37,278 bases of DNA from a bacterium. GTDB lineage: Bacteria > RBG-13-66-14 > B26-G2 > WVWN01. The stretch lies in contig JAZGGY010000102.1 in NCBI GenBank assembly GCA_036480675.1, forward strand, positions 1 to 37,278. The letters are read 5' to 3'. Of the stretch, positions 19,115 to 27,436 are shown piece by piece (the first letter of the stretch is position 1; every line of letters starts with the position of its first letter). Made by a program: the position numbers and the translations under genes. Under the pieces are notes generated by a model, which saw nothing but the letters and a program-made list of their open reading frames with translations, ran no database searches and was not told the DNA's origin.

Positions 19115-20104
19115 ATGAGAAAATTAACGATAATAATTACCGCGATTGCGATAACGGCGGCCGTTCCGGCGTGGGCCGAAACGAAAGACGTCCCGAGATT
19201 CGTATGGCTGCTCATCGAGCCCGGCTCCCGGCCCGGCGGCCTGGGTAAAACATTTACCGGCCTCGCCGACGACGTCAACGCCTCGTACTACAACCCGGGC
19301 GGCTTGGCGCTGCTGGAGAAAAACGGCCTCTCCGTGATGCACGAGCCCCGCGGCACCGACCAACTGAAAGATATGTTTTACGACTACGTCGCGTTCTCTT
19401 ACGACACGGGTAGATTCGGTACGCTGTGCTTCGACGTAATATACAGCGACGCCGGCAAAAGCGACATTACCGACGACCAAAGCCGCGTTTTAGGCGTTTT
19501 ACATAGTTACGGCGCGGCGCCGTCTCTCTATTGGAGTTATCCTGTCCTGAAAGACCTCGGCGTCGGCGCCGGCCTGACGTACGTCTACGAACACCTTACG
19601 GACCTTCCCGGCGGCGTCGACAGTCAGCTATTGTTCAACGGCGGCGTACTTTATAAAACGCCCCTCAAGGGCCTTTCCGGCGGCCTGGCCTTCACCAACC
19701 TCGGCCCGAACAAGTCGGGCACCCGCGTTAACGAAGAGAAACAGGAGATCGAAGTAAGCTGGCCGCCGCCGCGTACGATGCGGCTGGGCCTGGCCTACAA
19801 AGTCTTCTCGAGCGACCTCAACGACCTCACCGTCGCCGCCGACGGCTCTAAGCTCTTAATGAACCTCGACGACCGCCTAAGCGAGGAGTTCGGCCAAGCG
19901 GTATATTCGGGCGGCGCCGAATACATGTATGCCAAGATGATCGCCGTACGGGCCGGTTACTACCGCGACCGGTGGGGCGAAATCGAAGGCTTAGCGTTGG
20001 GCTTCGGCTTCGCGTACAAAGGCCTCAGCTTCGACTACGCCCGCGTCCCGGAGGGCGAGGCCTTCGGCGACCGGCACCGCTTCGCCGTCGGGTACCTCTT
20101 TTAA
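19115..20104 (+). CDS. PorV/PorQ-family outer-membrane protein (T9SS shuttle-like)
   Basis: 329-aa ORF with a signal peptide (ITAAVPAWA/ET). The N-terminal motif LLIEPGSRPGGLGKTFTGLADDVNASYYNPGGLALL matches the pattern I associate with PorV/PorQ/UPF0164 barrels (ARAxGMGGAFxAxADDxxAxxxNPAGLA). The protein ends in a beta-signal-like FAVGYLF. Confidence 0.68.
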   Translation: MRKLTIIITAIAITAAVPAWAETKDVPRFVWLLIEPGSRPGGLGKTFTGLADDVNASYYNPGGLALLEKNGLSVMHEPRGTDQLKDMFYDYVAFSYDTGRFGTLCFDVIYSDAGKSDITDDQSRVLGVLHSYGAAPSLYWSYPVLKDLGVGAGLTYVYEHLTDLPGGVDSQLLFNGGVLYKTPLKGLSGGLAFTNLGPNKSGTRVNEEKQEIEVSWPPPRTMRLGLAYKVFSSDLNDLTVAADGSKLLMNLDDRLSEEFGQAVYSGGAEYMYAKMIAVRAGYYRDRWGEIEGLALGFGFAYKGLSFDYARVPEGEAFGDRHRFAVGYLF

Positions 20105-20119
20105 AGCGCGGAAATACGC

Positions 20120-21154
20120 GTGGCCCGCCCGAAGCGCATCTTCGAAAAGAGAAAAGCCGTCGTCACCGCAGCTGTGGCGGCGGCTTTAACGTCGCCGGCC
20201 GCGGCGGTGATAATCAGCGGCGGCGAACTCGCCACCGTACCCGAGGGCTTCAAGGCTGTCGCCGTCGTGGGCGAGGCCGGCCGCGGCGACGGCCAGTTCA
20301 ACGAACCTACGGCGGTCGCCTTTGACGGCGCCCGTCGCCTCTACGTCGTCGACAGCCGCAACGTACGGCTCGAGCGCTTCTTCTCCCAGGGCGACTTCGA
20401 CATGGCCTTCGGCCGCTTCGGGTGGAAGGGCGAGGGGCTCGTTTCGCCGCACGGCATCGCGGCCGACCAGGAACTTTATATATACGTAAGCGACCGCGAG
20501 CGCGGCCTGATCCACCAGTACGACATCTACAGCAAATATCTCAAATCGTACGGCCAGACGCAGAAGATAGCGACGTGGTTCGAACGGCCCGCCGGCCTCG
20601 CCGTCGACAAGCTGGGCAACCTCTGGGTCGCGGATACCGGTAACCACAAGGTCAAGCGCATCAACCTCCTGGGCGAAATCACGTTGGAGGTCGGTTACTA
20701 CGGCTCGGGACCGGGGAAACTCAACCTCCCCGCCGACGTCGCGGTAGACGAAAGCGGCGGCGTCGTCGTAGCCGACGCCGGGAACTCGCGGCTGCAGCGC
20801 TTCGACCGCTTCGGCAACCCCGTTGCCGTGATCGCCGGGAGCGGCGGCGAACAACTGCGCAATCCCTCCGGCGTTTGCCTCGACCGCTTCGGCAACATAT
20901 TCGTATCGGACACGGGAAACGACCGCGTCGTGGCGTTCGACGCCGACGGCCGGTACCTGTGCGAGTACGGGAAACTGGGCCGCGGTAAAAAGGACTTCAA
21001 CCACCCGGGAGGCCTTTGCTTCGGCGAGGACGGCAAATTATATGTAGCGGATACCTACAATAACGTAATAAAAATATTGGAAGTACAATACCGCCTCCCG
21101 GACCGCGTCGAGAAACCGCCGCGGTTCCCGGCGCCGGCGCCGAACGAAAGGTAA
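20120..21154 (+). CDS. NHL-repeat beta-propeller protein (secreted/periplasmic)
   Basis: 344-aa ORF with a GTG start and a hydrophobic N-terminus. NHL blades recur: RLYVVDSRNVRLERF, YIYVSDRERGLIHQY, LWVADTGNHKVKRINLLG, VVVADAGNSRLQRFDRFG, IFVSDTGNDRVVAFDADG, LYVADTYNNVIKIL. Confidence 0.85.
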   Translation: MARPKRIFEKRKAVVTAAVAAALTSPAAAVIISGGELATVPEGFKAVAVVGEAGRGDGQFNEPTAVAFDGARRLYVVDSRNVRLERFFSQGDFDMAFGRFGWKGEGLVSPHGIAADQELYIYVSDRERGLIHQYDIYSKYLKSYGQTQKIATWFERPAGLAVDKLGNLWVADTGNHKVKRINLLGEITLEVGYYGSGPGKLNLPADVAVDESGGVVVADAGNSRLQRFDRFGNPVAVIAGSGGEQLRNPSGVCLDRFGNIFVSDTGNDRVVAFDADGRYLCEYGKLGRGKKDFNHPGGLCFGEDGKLYVADTYNNVIKILEVQYRLPDRVEKPPRFPAPAPNER

Positions 21155-21196
21155 AAACGAAAACCGCTTGCGGCCGCGGCCCTACCAGCACCAGTA

Positions 21197-21217
21197 CCCC
21201 CGGGAGGGGGCGTTTTT
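21197..21217 (+). terminator. weak hairpin plus T tract (possible partial terminator/attenuator)
   Basis: CCCCC-ggga-GGGGG then cgTTTTT, ending 6 nt before the ATG at 21223. The stem is short, so function is uncertain. Confidence 0.3.
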
Positions 21218-21222
21218 ATATA

Positions 21223-24200
21223 ATGGCAGGATATCCCCGAAGACGACTTCTGCTTACGACCGGCCTACTGGCGGCGGCCGCGTTGGCCGACTCGCTCGGC
21301 GCGGCCGAGGAACCGCGGTGGCACGAAACGCTCGCCGCGGCGCGGGAATCTTTCCGGATAATGGAGCTCGCAACCGGCGCCGATTACGAGTTGCCGCATA
21401 AGTTTCTCTTCGTCGGTTCCGAAACGGTGCGCGTCGGCGGCGACGTCTGGGAGAGGGGCCGCGACTACCGCCTCGACTACGACGCCGGGACCTTGACCGT
21501 CCTCGCGGCGCCGCCGTACGCCGGGCCGATGGTCGTCGAGTACGAGTACCTGCCGTTCCTGCAGGCCGAGGACTACCGCGCCGCGCTCGAGGGCGAGGAC
21601 GAGGCAGAGGCGTTGGAACGCCTCGAGGAGGCGGCGGCCGCGCCCTCGGAGCTGGACGTAACCGGCTCCAAAACCTTCACCGTCACGGCCGGGAACGCGG
21701 AGGGGACCGACTTCAACCAGTCCCTCCGCCTCTCCATCCGGGGAAACGTCGGCGACGTGAAGATTACCGGCGAGATCTCGGACCAAGACTTGCCGTTGGA
21801 GGAAGGGGGCGCCACCAAGGAAATCGCAGCCGTGGACAAAATATACGTCCGCGTGGAAGGCCGGCACCTGGCGGGGACCTTTGGCGACTACGACGCCGCG
21901 ATCAGCGGCCGGCGTTTCGCCGACTACCAACAACGCCTTACGGGCATCAAAGGCGAAGCCTTCTACCCCACCTGGGGTGCCGACGCCTACGGCGCCCGGG
22001 CCCTCGGCCGCTTCGCGTCCAACGAGTTCTACGGCGTCGACGGCATCCAGGGCCCGTACCAACTCTCCGCCCGCGACGATGACGACATTATCGTACTTCC
22101 GGGAACCGAAACCGTATGGTTGAACGGCTCGAAGCTTAAAGAGAACGAGAACAACGATTACGTCGTCGACTACGACCTCGCGACCATAACCTTTACCGTC
22201 CGCCGCCCCATCTCGGCCGAGGACCGCATCGTCGTCGACTTCCAATATACCACCGAAGAATACCAGCGCAACTTCTTCGGCGGAGAAGCCGAAGGACACT
22301 TCGCCGGCGGCGCCGTCAACGTGGCCGCGCTGTACCTGCACGAGGAGGACAACCGCGCCCGCGCCTTCTTCGGCCTCGACGATTATTACCGCAAATTGCT
22401 GGAGGGAGCCGGCGACGACCAGGAGCGCGCGCGGGTGGTCGCGCTGGACGAAAACGGCGAGATAATTTACGAGTACGTCGGCGAAGGCCAGGGGGAATAC
22501 ACGCGCCAATGGGACCCGGTGGAAGGTAAATACGTATACGTCTACGTCGGCCCGGGCAACGGCGACTACATGCCGAGGATGATCCTGCTTCCCTTCCCGA
22601 AGCGGCAAAGCCTCTTCGACGTAAACGCCGTCATCGCGCCGGCGCGCATTATCACCGTCGAGGCCGAGGGCGCGACCAGCGACTTCGACGCCAATACTTT
22701 TTCGACGGTAAGTGACCGCGACAACGGCGGCCTGGCCGGCTCCGCCGCGGCCACCGTCCGGCTGGACGCGCTCGAGCCCCTCGAACGCGTGGGCAAGCTC
22801 GAAGTCCGGCACGTCGTCGAGCGGAGAGACACCCGCTTCCGGAACCTGGGCCGCGAGGACGGCGTCGTGTTCCTGCAGCGATGGGACCTCGACGACGAGG
22901 TCGCGGGCCTTGCCCACCCGCCGGGCTACAAGCTTTACGAGACGACGGTTACCGAGCGGCCCGTCCCGTCCCTCACGGCATCCGGAACGTACGGCGCTAT
23001 CCGCCAACAGTACGTCGGCCTCTCGGCAAACGGTTATTCGGGACAACGGGGCAAAAGGGCCGCGGCCTCGCTGAGTTGGGAACCCGAACGCTGGCCGCAC
23101 GTCGCGTACGACTTCAACCACGTGCGCCGTCACGGCCCGCGGTATACGGGAGCGTTCGAGACCGACGACGAATCGGTGGCCAAAAGCGCATTCACCGACG
23201 ACGAGAATACGCGGCGCGAACAGAGCGGCGAGGTCTCCTATTCCGTTTGGCGGCTCAGCCCGTACGTCCGCGTCTACGACAAGAAGCGACGCGCCGACTA
23301 CGAAATAGACGGCGCCCCCGACGAGGGGACGCTCGAGCAAGAGCTAGAGGTCGGGACGGGCGTACGACCCGCGGCGGGATGGAACGTCCGGTTCGGCCAC
23401 ACCGCGGGCCGCGGCGAATTGGTCGAAGACCAAGCTTACGTCCCCCACTACCGCAAGAACGAAGAGCACGTCGCTACCACGTACGACGCCCCCGGTTTAA
23501 TCGATCTCAGCGCCGAGTACACCAAAATAATAAAGGATTTCGCCCCCGCGGACGTGGCCGACGTCGACTCCGACCTCTCGCTGCTCGAGTTTTACTACAC
23601 GCCGCTGGAGCGCGCGCTGGCGCTGAGAACGCGCTACGAGCTCAACAGCATCCAAGAACTCGAACGCGAAGAGATATTCGAGGTCGCACGCGACGGCGAC
23701 GGCGACTACCGCCGCGAAGTCGATCCCAAGAACCCGAACCGCTATGTCTACATCTACGACCCCGACGACCCGGAAGCGATTTATATAAAGACGTACAGAT
23801 ATACCGGCCGGGCGTACCGCGCCCTCGAACCGGACCTCACCGTCAGCCTCGCCGTGCTCCCCTACCGCTACAACGACGTGCGCGGCCGAGACGCCGAGCG
23901 CAACCCGTGGCTGGACGCCGCGGCCGCGGACCTTTACGTCCACGCTCGGAACAGCTCCACGTCGCCGCGGCGCTTAGCCATCGCCACCCTCCAAGACCTC
24001 CTGGCCGCGGACGCCCTCGATAGCAGCCTGGAACAACGTTACACCCTCACCATATTACCGGTCAACCGGCGGCTCACCGGCTGGGCGCGCTACTCGGTCA
24101 AGGACGACCTCGACCGAACCGTCGCTTCGCGCCAACGTAGACGGTGGCGGACGTCGCGCTACGGCGAAGTCGTCGCCGAGCCGGTACCGCGGCTGACGGT

Positions 24201-24672
24201 CCAGGCCGACGTCGACCGCATCCGGGAATGGGAATCGGTAACGGAGGAGAACGTGCCCCGCCCCGAGAACACGAAAGCCCTGGAGATGATATACGGCCTG
24301 GAACCCACCTACACGGTTACGTCCCGGCTCGACCTCGCGGCCCGCGGCGAGGTCTCGCGACGGCACGAGGAGTACAACGGCGCTCCCACCCACTTCAAGG
24401 GCACGAGGGTGAAGCCGGAGGCCACCTACCGCCTGACGGAATCCGGCGTCGCGAACGCGTGGTACGACCGGACGGAGTACGACGTTTCGGGCTACAGCGG
24501 GTCCGAGACGGTGCTGCTGCGCATCCCGGGAGTAACGCACAAGTGGGAGGCCAGCGTAAATAAGGGCGTAGGCCGATACGTTACGCTGATCTTCACGTAC
24601 GACGGCGAGAAAAAACCCGACGTGGGAGAGACGCGGCACCGGGGCCGAATAGACTTAAACATATACTTCTAA
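21223..24672 (+). CDS. large predicted outer-membrane beta-barrel protein, possibly SprA/Sov-like (T9SS translocon family) at about half the canonical length
   Basis: 1149-aa ORF with a signal peptide (RRRLLLTTGLLAAAALA) and Tyr/Asp/Arg-rich amphipathic beta-strand composition. The C-terminal beta-signal is GRIDLNIYF. Two copies of a ~50-aa module occur (aa 61-109 and 289-342: G-S/T-E-T-V ... DY-x-h-DYD-x-x-T-h-T ... VV-D/E-F/Y-x-Y). Stretches such as DFNQSLRLSIRGNVGDVKITGEISDQD and RLTGIKGEAF resemble my recollection of the Flavobacterium SprA N-terminal region. That homology is from memory and untested. Confidence 0.55.
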   Translation: MAGYPRRRLLLTTGLLAAAALADSLGAAEEPRWHETLAAARESFRIMELATGADYELPHKFLFVGSETVRVGGDVWERGRDYRLDYDAGTLTVLAAPPYAGPMVVEYEYLPFLQAEDYRAALEGEDEAEALERLEEAAAAPSELDVTGSKTFTVTAGNAEGTDFNQSLRLSIRGNVGDVKITGEISDQDLPLEEGGATKEIAAVDKIYVRVEGRHLAGTFGDYDAAISGRRFADYQQRLTGIKGEAFYPTWGADAYGARALGRFASNEFYGVDGIQGPYQLSARDDDDIIVLPGTETVWLNGSKLKENENNDYVVDYDLATITFTVRRPISAEDRIVVDFQYTTEEYQRNFFGGEAEGHFAGGAVNVAALYLHEEDNRARAFFGLDDYYRKLLEGAGDDQERARVVALDENGEIIYEYVGEGQGEYTRQWDPVEGKYVYVYVGPGNGDYMPRMILLPFPKRQSLFDVNAVIAPARIITVEAEGATSDFDANTFSTVSDRDNGGLAGSAAATVRLDALEPLERVGKLEVRHVVERRDTRFRNLGREDGVVFLQRWDLDDEVAGLAHPPGYKLYETTVTERPVPSLTASGTYGAIRQQYVGLSANGYSGQRGKRAAASLSWEPERWPHVAYDFNHVRRHGPRYTGAFETDDESVAKSAFTDDENTRREQSGEVSYSVWRLSPYVRVYDKKRRADYEIDGAPDEGTLEQELEVGTGVRPAAGWNVRFGHTAGRGELVEDQAYVPHYRKNEEHVATTYDAPGLIDLSAEYTKIIKDFAPADVADVDSDLSLLEFYYTPLERALALRTRYELNSIQELEREEIFEVARDGDGDYRREVDPKNPNRYVYIYDPDDPEAIYIKTYRYTGRAYRALEPDLTVSLAVLPYRYNDVRGRDAERNPWLDAAAADLYVHARNSSTSPRRLAIATLQDLLAADALDSSLEQRYTLTILPVNRRLTGWARYSVKDDLDRTVASRQRRRWRTSRYGEVVAEPVPRLTVQADVDRIREWESVTEENVPRPENTKALEMIYGLEPTYTVTSRLDLAARGEVSRRHEEYNGAPTHFKGTRVKPEATYRLTESGVANAWYDRTEYDVSGYSGSETVLLRIPGVTHKWEASVNKGVGRYVTLIFTYDGEKKPDVGETRHRGRIDLNIYF

Positions 24673-26537
24673 TGCTAAAGAGTTGGGCCATACTAGTCGT
24701 ACTCGCTCCCGCCGCGGCGGCCACGCCGGCGGCCGCCGAGGTGGCGGTCGAGGGCAACGTCGCATTCGGCGACGCCGAAATCGAGGCCGCGGCGTATCGG
24801 GACGGCGCCGTCGACGCCGGCGCCGTGGAGCGGCTCTATCTACGCGCCGGGTACCTGGACGCGCGCGTCGAGCTGACCGTCGAAGAAGGCGTCCCGCCGA
24901 CGCTCGCGATAACGGAGGGAGCGCGGTACCGCGTCGCCGCGCTCGACGTGGACAACGATTCGCCGCTCAGCCGCGACGAAGTAGCAGCGTTCATCCCGTT
25001 CGGCCCGGGCGACGCGCCGTCGCCGCCCGACCTCCGGGAGGGTTTAATCGCGCTGTTAGCCAAACTGGCGGATCGGGGATATCTGCGCGCCGAAGCGGAA
25101 TACGCCGTAACCGACGCCGGCGCGGCGCGGGTGGACGTCGCCGTGGCGGTGCGCGCGGGCGAAAGGTACGCCGCCGGCGAGATCCACCTCGTCGGCGTTC
25201 GCCGCCGAGACGAGGAGGCCATACGCGAAAACCTCGAAACCCGGCCCGGCAAGCCGCTGCACGAGCGGGCCCTCGCGCGCGACCTCCTCACCATCATCGA
25301 CTACTATCGCGAGCGCGGCTATCCCACGGCCTCCGCCCGTCCCCGCGCTTTCGAGCTCGCCGAGCGCTACAAAGAGATTGACTTCGCCGTAATAGTCGAG
25401 CCGGGCGACAAAGTAACCGTAACGGCCATCGACGTCGTCGGAAACCGCCGCACCCGCGACGGCGTCATCCGGCGCGAAATTTTAACCGTCCCCGGCGAAC
25501 CGTACGACATCGAAAGACTGCGCAAGAGCGCGCGCCGGATATATAACCTCAAATACTTCGAGGCCGAGCCCGACGTCGAGCTGGTCGACGCCGAGGCGGG
25601 CCGGCTTCGCGTAACGGTGGTGGAGCGGCCGACGTACCGCGTTACCGGCGCTTTGGCGTACGAGCCGCGGCAAGGCGAGACCGCCGCGGCCGTGATAGGC
25701 GAAATGGACGCGCGCCTCGCCAACCTCTTCGGCACCGGCCGGGAGCTCGACGCCCGCTACCGCCGCCTGGCCGTCGAATCGACCGACGCCGCGGCGGCGT
25801 ACTACGAGCCGTGGATAGGCGGCGTCGACCTCTTCGCGCAGCCGAGCGGCCTTTACAAAGAGCGGGTAACGTACCGCAAGGCGACCGGCGAGCTCGCGCT
25901 CGGCACCCATCCCCTCGTGGACTTGACGGTGGCCGCCGGCGGCGGCTTCGACCGGGTGTGGACGGAAAACGCGAGCCGGAAGTACAAAGTCTTCACCTGG
26001 GCGACGTACGACAGCCGGGATTACTTCGACAACCCGCGGCGGGGTTGGCAAGCGTTCGGCCGCGTGGAGCTCGGCGTCAAGGAATACCTGGCCGACGGCT
26101 TCCGGGAGCGGGTGCCGCGGCTGAAGCTCGACGCGTGGCGCTTTTGGCCCACGACTCGCAACCAGGTCCTCGCGGCGCGCGGCCGCGCCGAGGGCTTCGT
26201 CTCGCAGCGGACGAGTCTGGACGAAGTTTTCCCGCTGGGCGGGTACGCCGACCTCCGCGGCTTCAAAGAGGAGCAGTTCCTAACGGACCGCTACGTTCTC
26301 GCGACCGTCGAGTATCGTTTCTTGACCGGCCGCGGCAGCAGGCTGTTCCTCTTCGTCGACTCGGCCTATCGGCACCTCAAAACCGAAAAGACGTTCGACG
26401 AGGGTTTCAACGTGGGCTACGGGGCCGGCTTCCGGGCGGCGACGGCCGTCGGAACGTACGGCGTAGACTACGGCCTGGCCGCCGGCGATAACCCCCAAGA
26501 GGGTAAAATCCACGTCTCCATAACGCAGGAGTTTTAA
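24672..26537 (+). CDS. Omp85-family protein (BamA/TamA-like, short POTRA array)
   Basis: 621-aa ORF whose ATG overlaps the upstream stop (TAATG at 24670..24674). It has a signal peptide and POTRA-like units (IHLVGVRRRDEEAIRENLETRPGKPLHERALARDLLTIIDYYRERGYPTA; IDVVGNRRTRDGVIRREILTVPGEPYDIERLRKSARRIYNLKYF). The C-terminal surface-antigen barrel ends GKIHVSITQEF. At this length there is room for about 3 POTRA domains rather than the 5 of canonical BamA. Confidence 0.87.
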   Translation: MLKSWAILVVLAPAAAATPAAAEVAVEGNVAFGDAEIEAAAYRDGAVDAGAVERLYLRAGYLDARVELTVEEGVPPTLAITEGARYRVAALDVDNDSPLSRDEVAAFIPFGPGDAPSPPDLREGLIALLAKLADRGYLRAEAEYAVTDAGAARVDVAVAVRAGERYAAGEIHLVGVRRRDEEAIRENLETRPGKPLHERALARDLLTIIDYYRERGYPTASARPRAFELAERYKEIDFAVIVEPGDKVTVTAIDVVGNRRTRDGVIRREILTVPGEPYDIERLRKSARRIYNLKYFEAEPDVELVDAEAGRLRVTVVERPTYRVTGALAYEPRQGETAAAVIGEMDARLANLFGTGRELDARYRRLAVESTDAAAAYYEPWIGGVDLFAQPSGLYKERVTYRKATGELALGTHPLVDLTVAAGGGFDRVWTENASRKYKVFTWATYDSRDYFDNPRRGWQAFGRVELGVKEYLADGFRERVPRLKLDAWRFWPTTRNQVLAARGRAEGFVSQRTSLDEVFPLGGYADLRGFKEEQFLTDRYVLATVEYRFLTGRGSRLFLFVDSAYRHLKTEKTFDEGFNVGYGAGFRAATAVGTYGVDYGLAAGDNPQEGKIHVSITQEF

Positions 26538-26588
26538 CCGTCGAAAGGCCTTGTCGGCAGGTGTTTCATTTCTTAATATTCAAGCGTA

Positions 26589-27362
26589 ATGGCGCGCCTC
26601 TTCCAGATATTAGGGGTGGCAGCGGCTTTCTTCGTCGGCGCATTCGCCGGTAACTTCTACCACCTCGTCGTACGCCGCGGGTCGGGCGGCCGCTTCCACG
26701 TAACGCTGCCGCCGGCCTGCCCCTCCTGCGGCCGGGCGGAACGACGTATATGGATGCTGCCCATACTCTGGTATCCGTTACTGCGGGGTCGCTGCCCGGG
26801 CTGCGGCTTCCGCTACCACAAAAACCTCGTCCTGTTGGAAGCGACGGGCGGCGCCGTCGCGGCGTTGGCGTTCTACTACTACGGCTTTTCCTTCGCGTTC
26901 GCGACGACCTTCGCTTTCTGCTTTTTCTTCCTCTTAAATTATTGGGTGGACTTCCGCTACGGCGTCCTGGTGCCGCAGCTCTATCTCCCTGCGCTCGCCG
27001 CGGGGCTTGGGCTTTCTTTTTTACCCGGGCCGCCCACTCCCGCCGGCGCTCTCGCCGGAGGCGTCGTGGGCGGCGGCCTGTTGTTGGCGGCGCGTCCCGG
27101 CCGCGGCCTATTCTCCGAGAACGCGCGCGGCGCCGAACGCCAGCTCGCGTGCGTAGCGCTGGTCGGGGTTTTCCTGGGATGGCAGAGCGCGCTGTTCGTT
27201 CTGGCCGCCGCGGCGATCGCGGCGTTGGTCCTGCCGTTGGTCGCGCGCCGCGTGTTCGGCGGCGACCCGGAAACGGCCTTCGGATTCGCGGTCCTCGCCG
27301 CGGCGTTAGCGCTGGCTTTCTACCACGCCGACATAACGTCCTGGTACTTCCGCATCCGCTAG
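26589..27362 (+). CDS. prepilin peptidase (A24)-like membrane protein, divergent
   Basis: 257-aa polytopic ORF. It has the N-terminal four-Cys motif typical of PilD (CPSCGRAERRIWMLPILWYPLLRGRCPGCGFRYHKNLVLLE). A first-Asp-like site is present (NYWVDFRYGVLVP). The second catalytic G-x-G-D-x-K motif is not visible (RGAERQLACVALVGVFLGW instead). Confidence 0.6.
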   Translation: MARLFQILGVAAAFFVGAFAGNFYHLVVRRGSGGRFHVTLPPACPSCGRAERRIWMLPILWYPLLRGRCPGCGFRYHKNLVLLEATGGAVAALAFYYYGFSFAFATTFAFCFFFLLNYWVDFRYGVLVPQLYLPALAAGLGLSFLPGPPTPAGALAGGVVGGGLLLAARPGRGLFSENARGAERQLACVALVGVFLGWQSALFVLAAAAIAALVLPLVARRVFGGDPETAFGFAVLAAALALAFYHADITSWYFRIR

Positions 27363-27436
27363 CGGCGAACTAAGGCCGTTTGTTCTTTAGTTACTCGTCG
27401 CCGTTCATAACAAATAAATTATAAAGGGAAGTTAAC

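Noticed and set aside
21265-23340. 691-aa minus-strand ORF
   Set aside because: It is antisense to the 1149-aa barrel gene. It has no signal peptide or motifs, and its Arg/Val/Gly-rich composition is typical of a GC-rich antisense frame.
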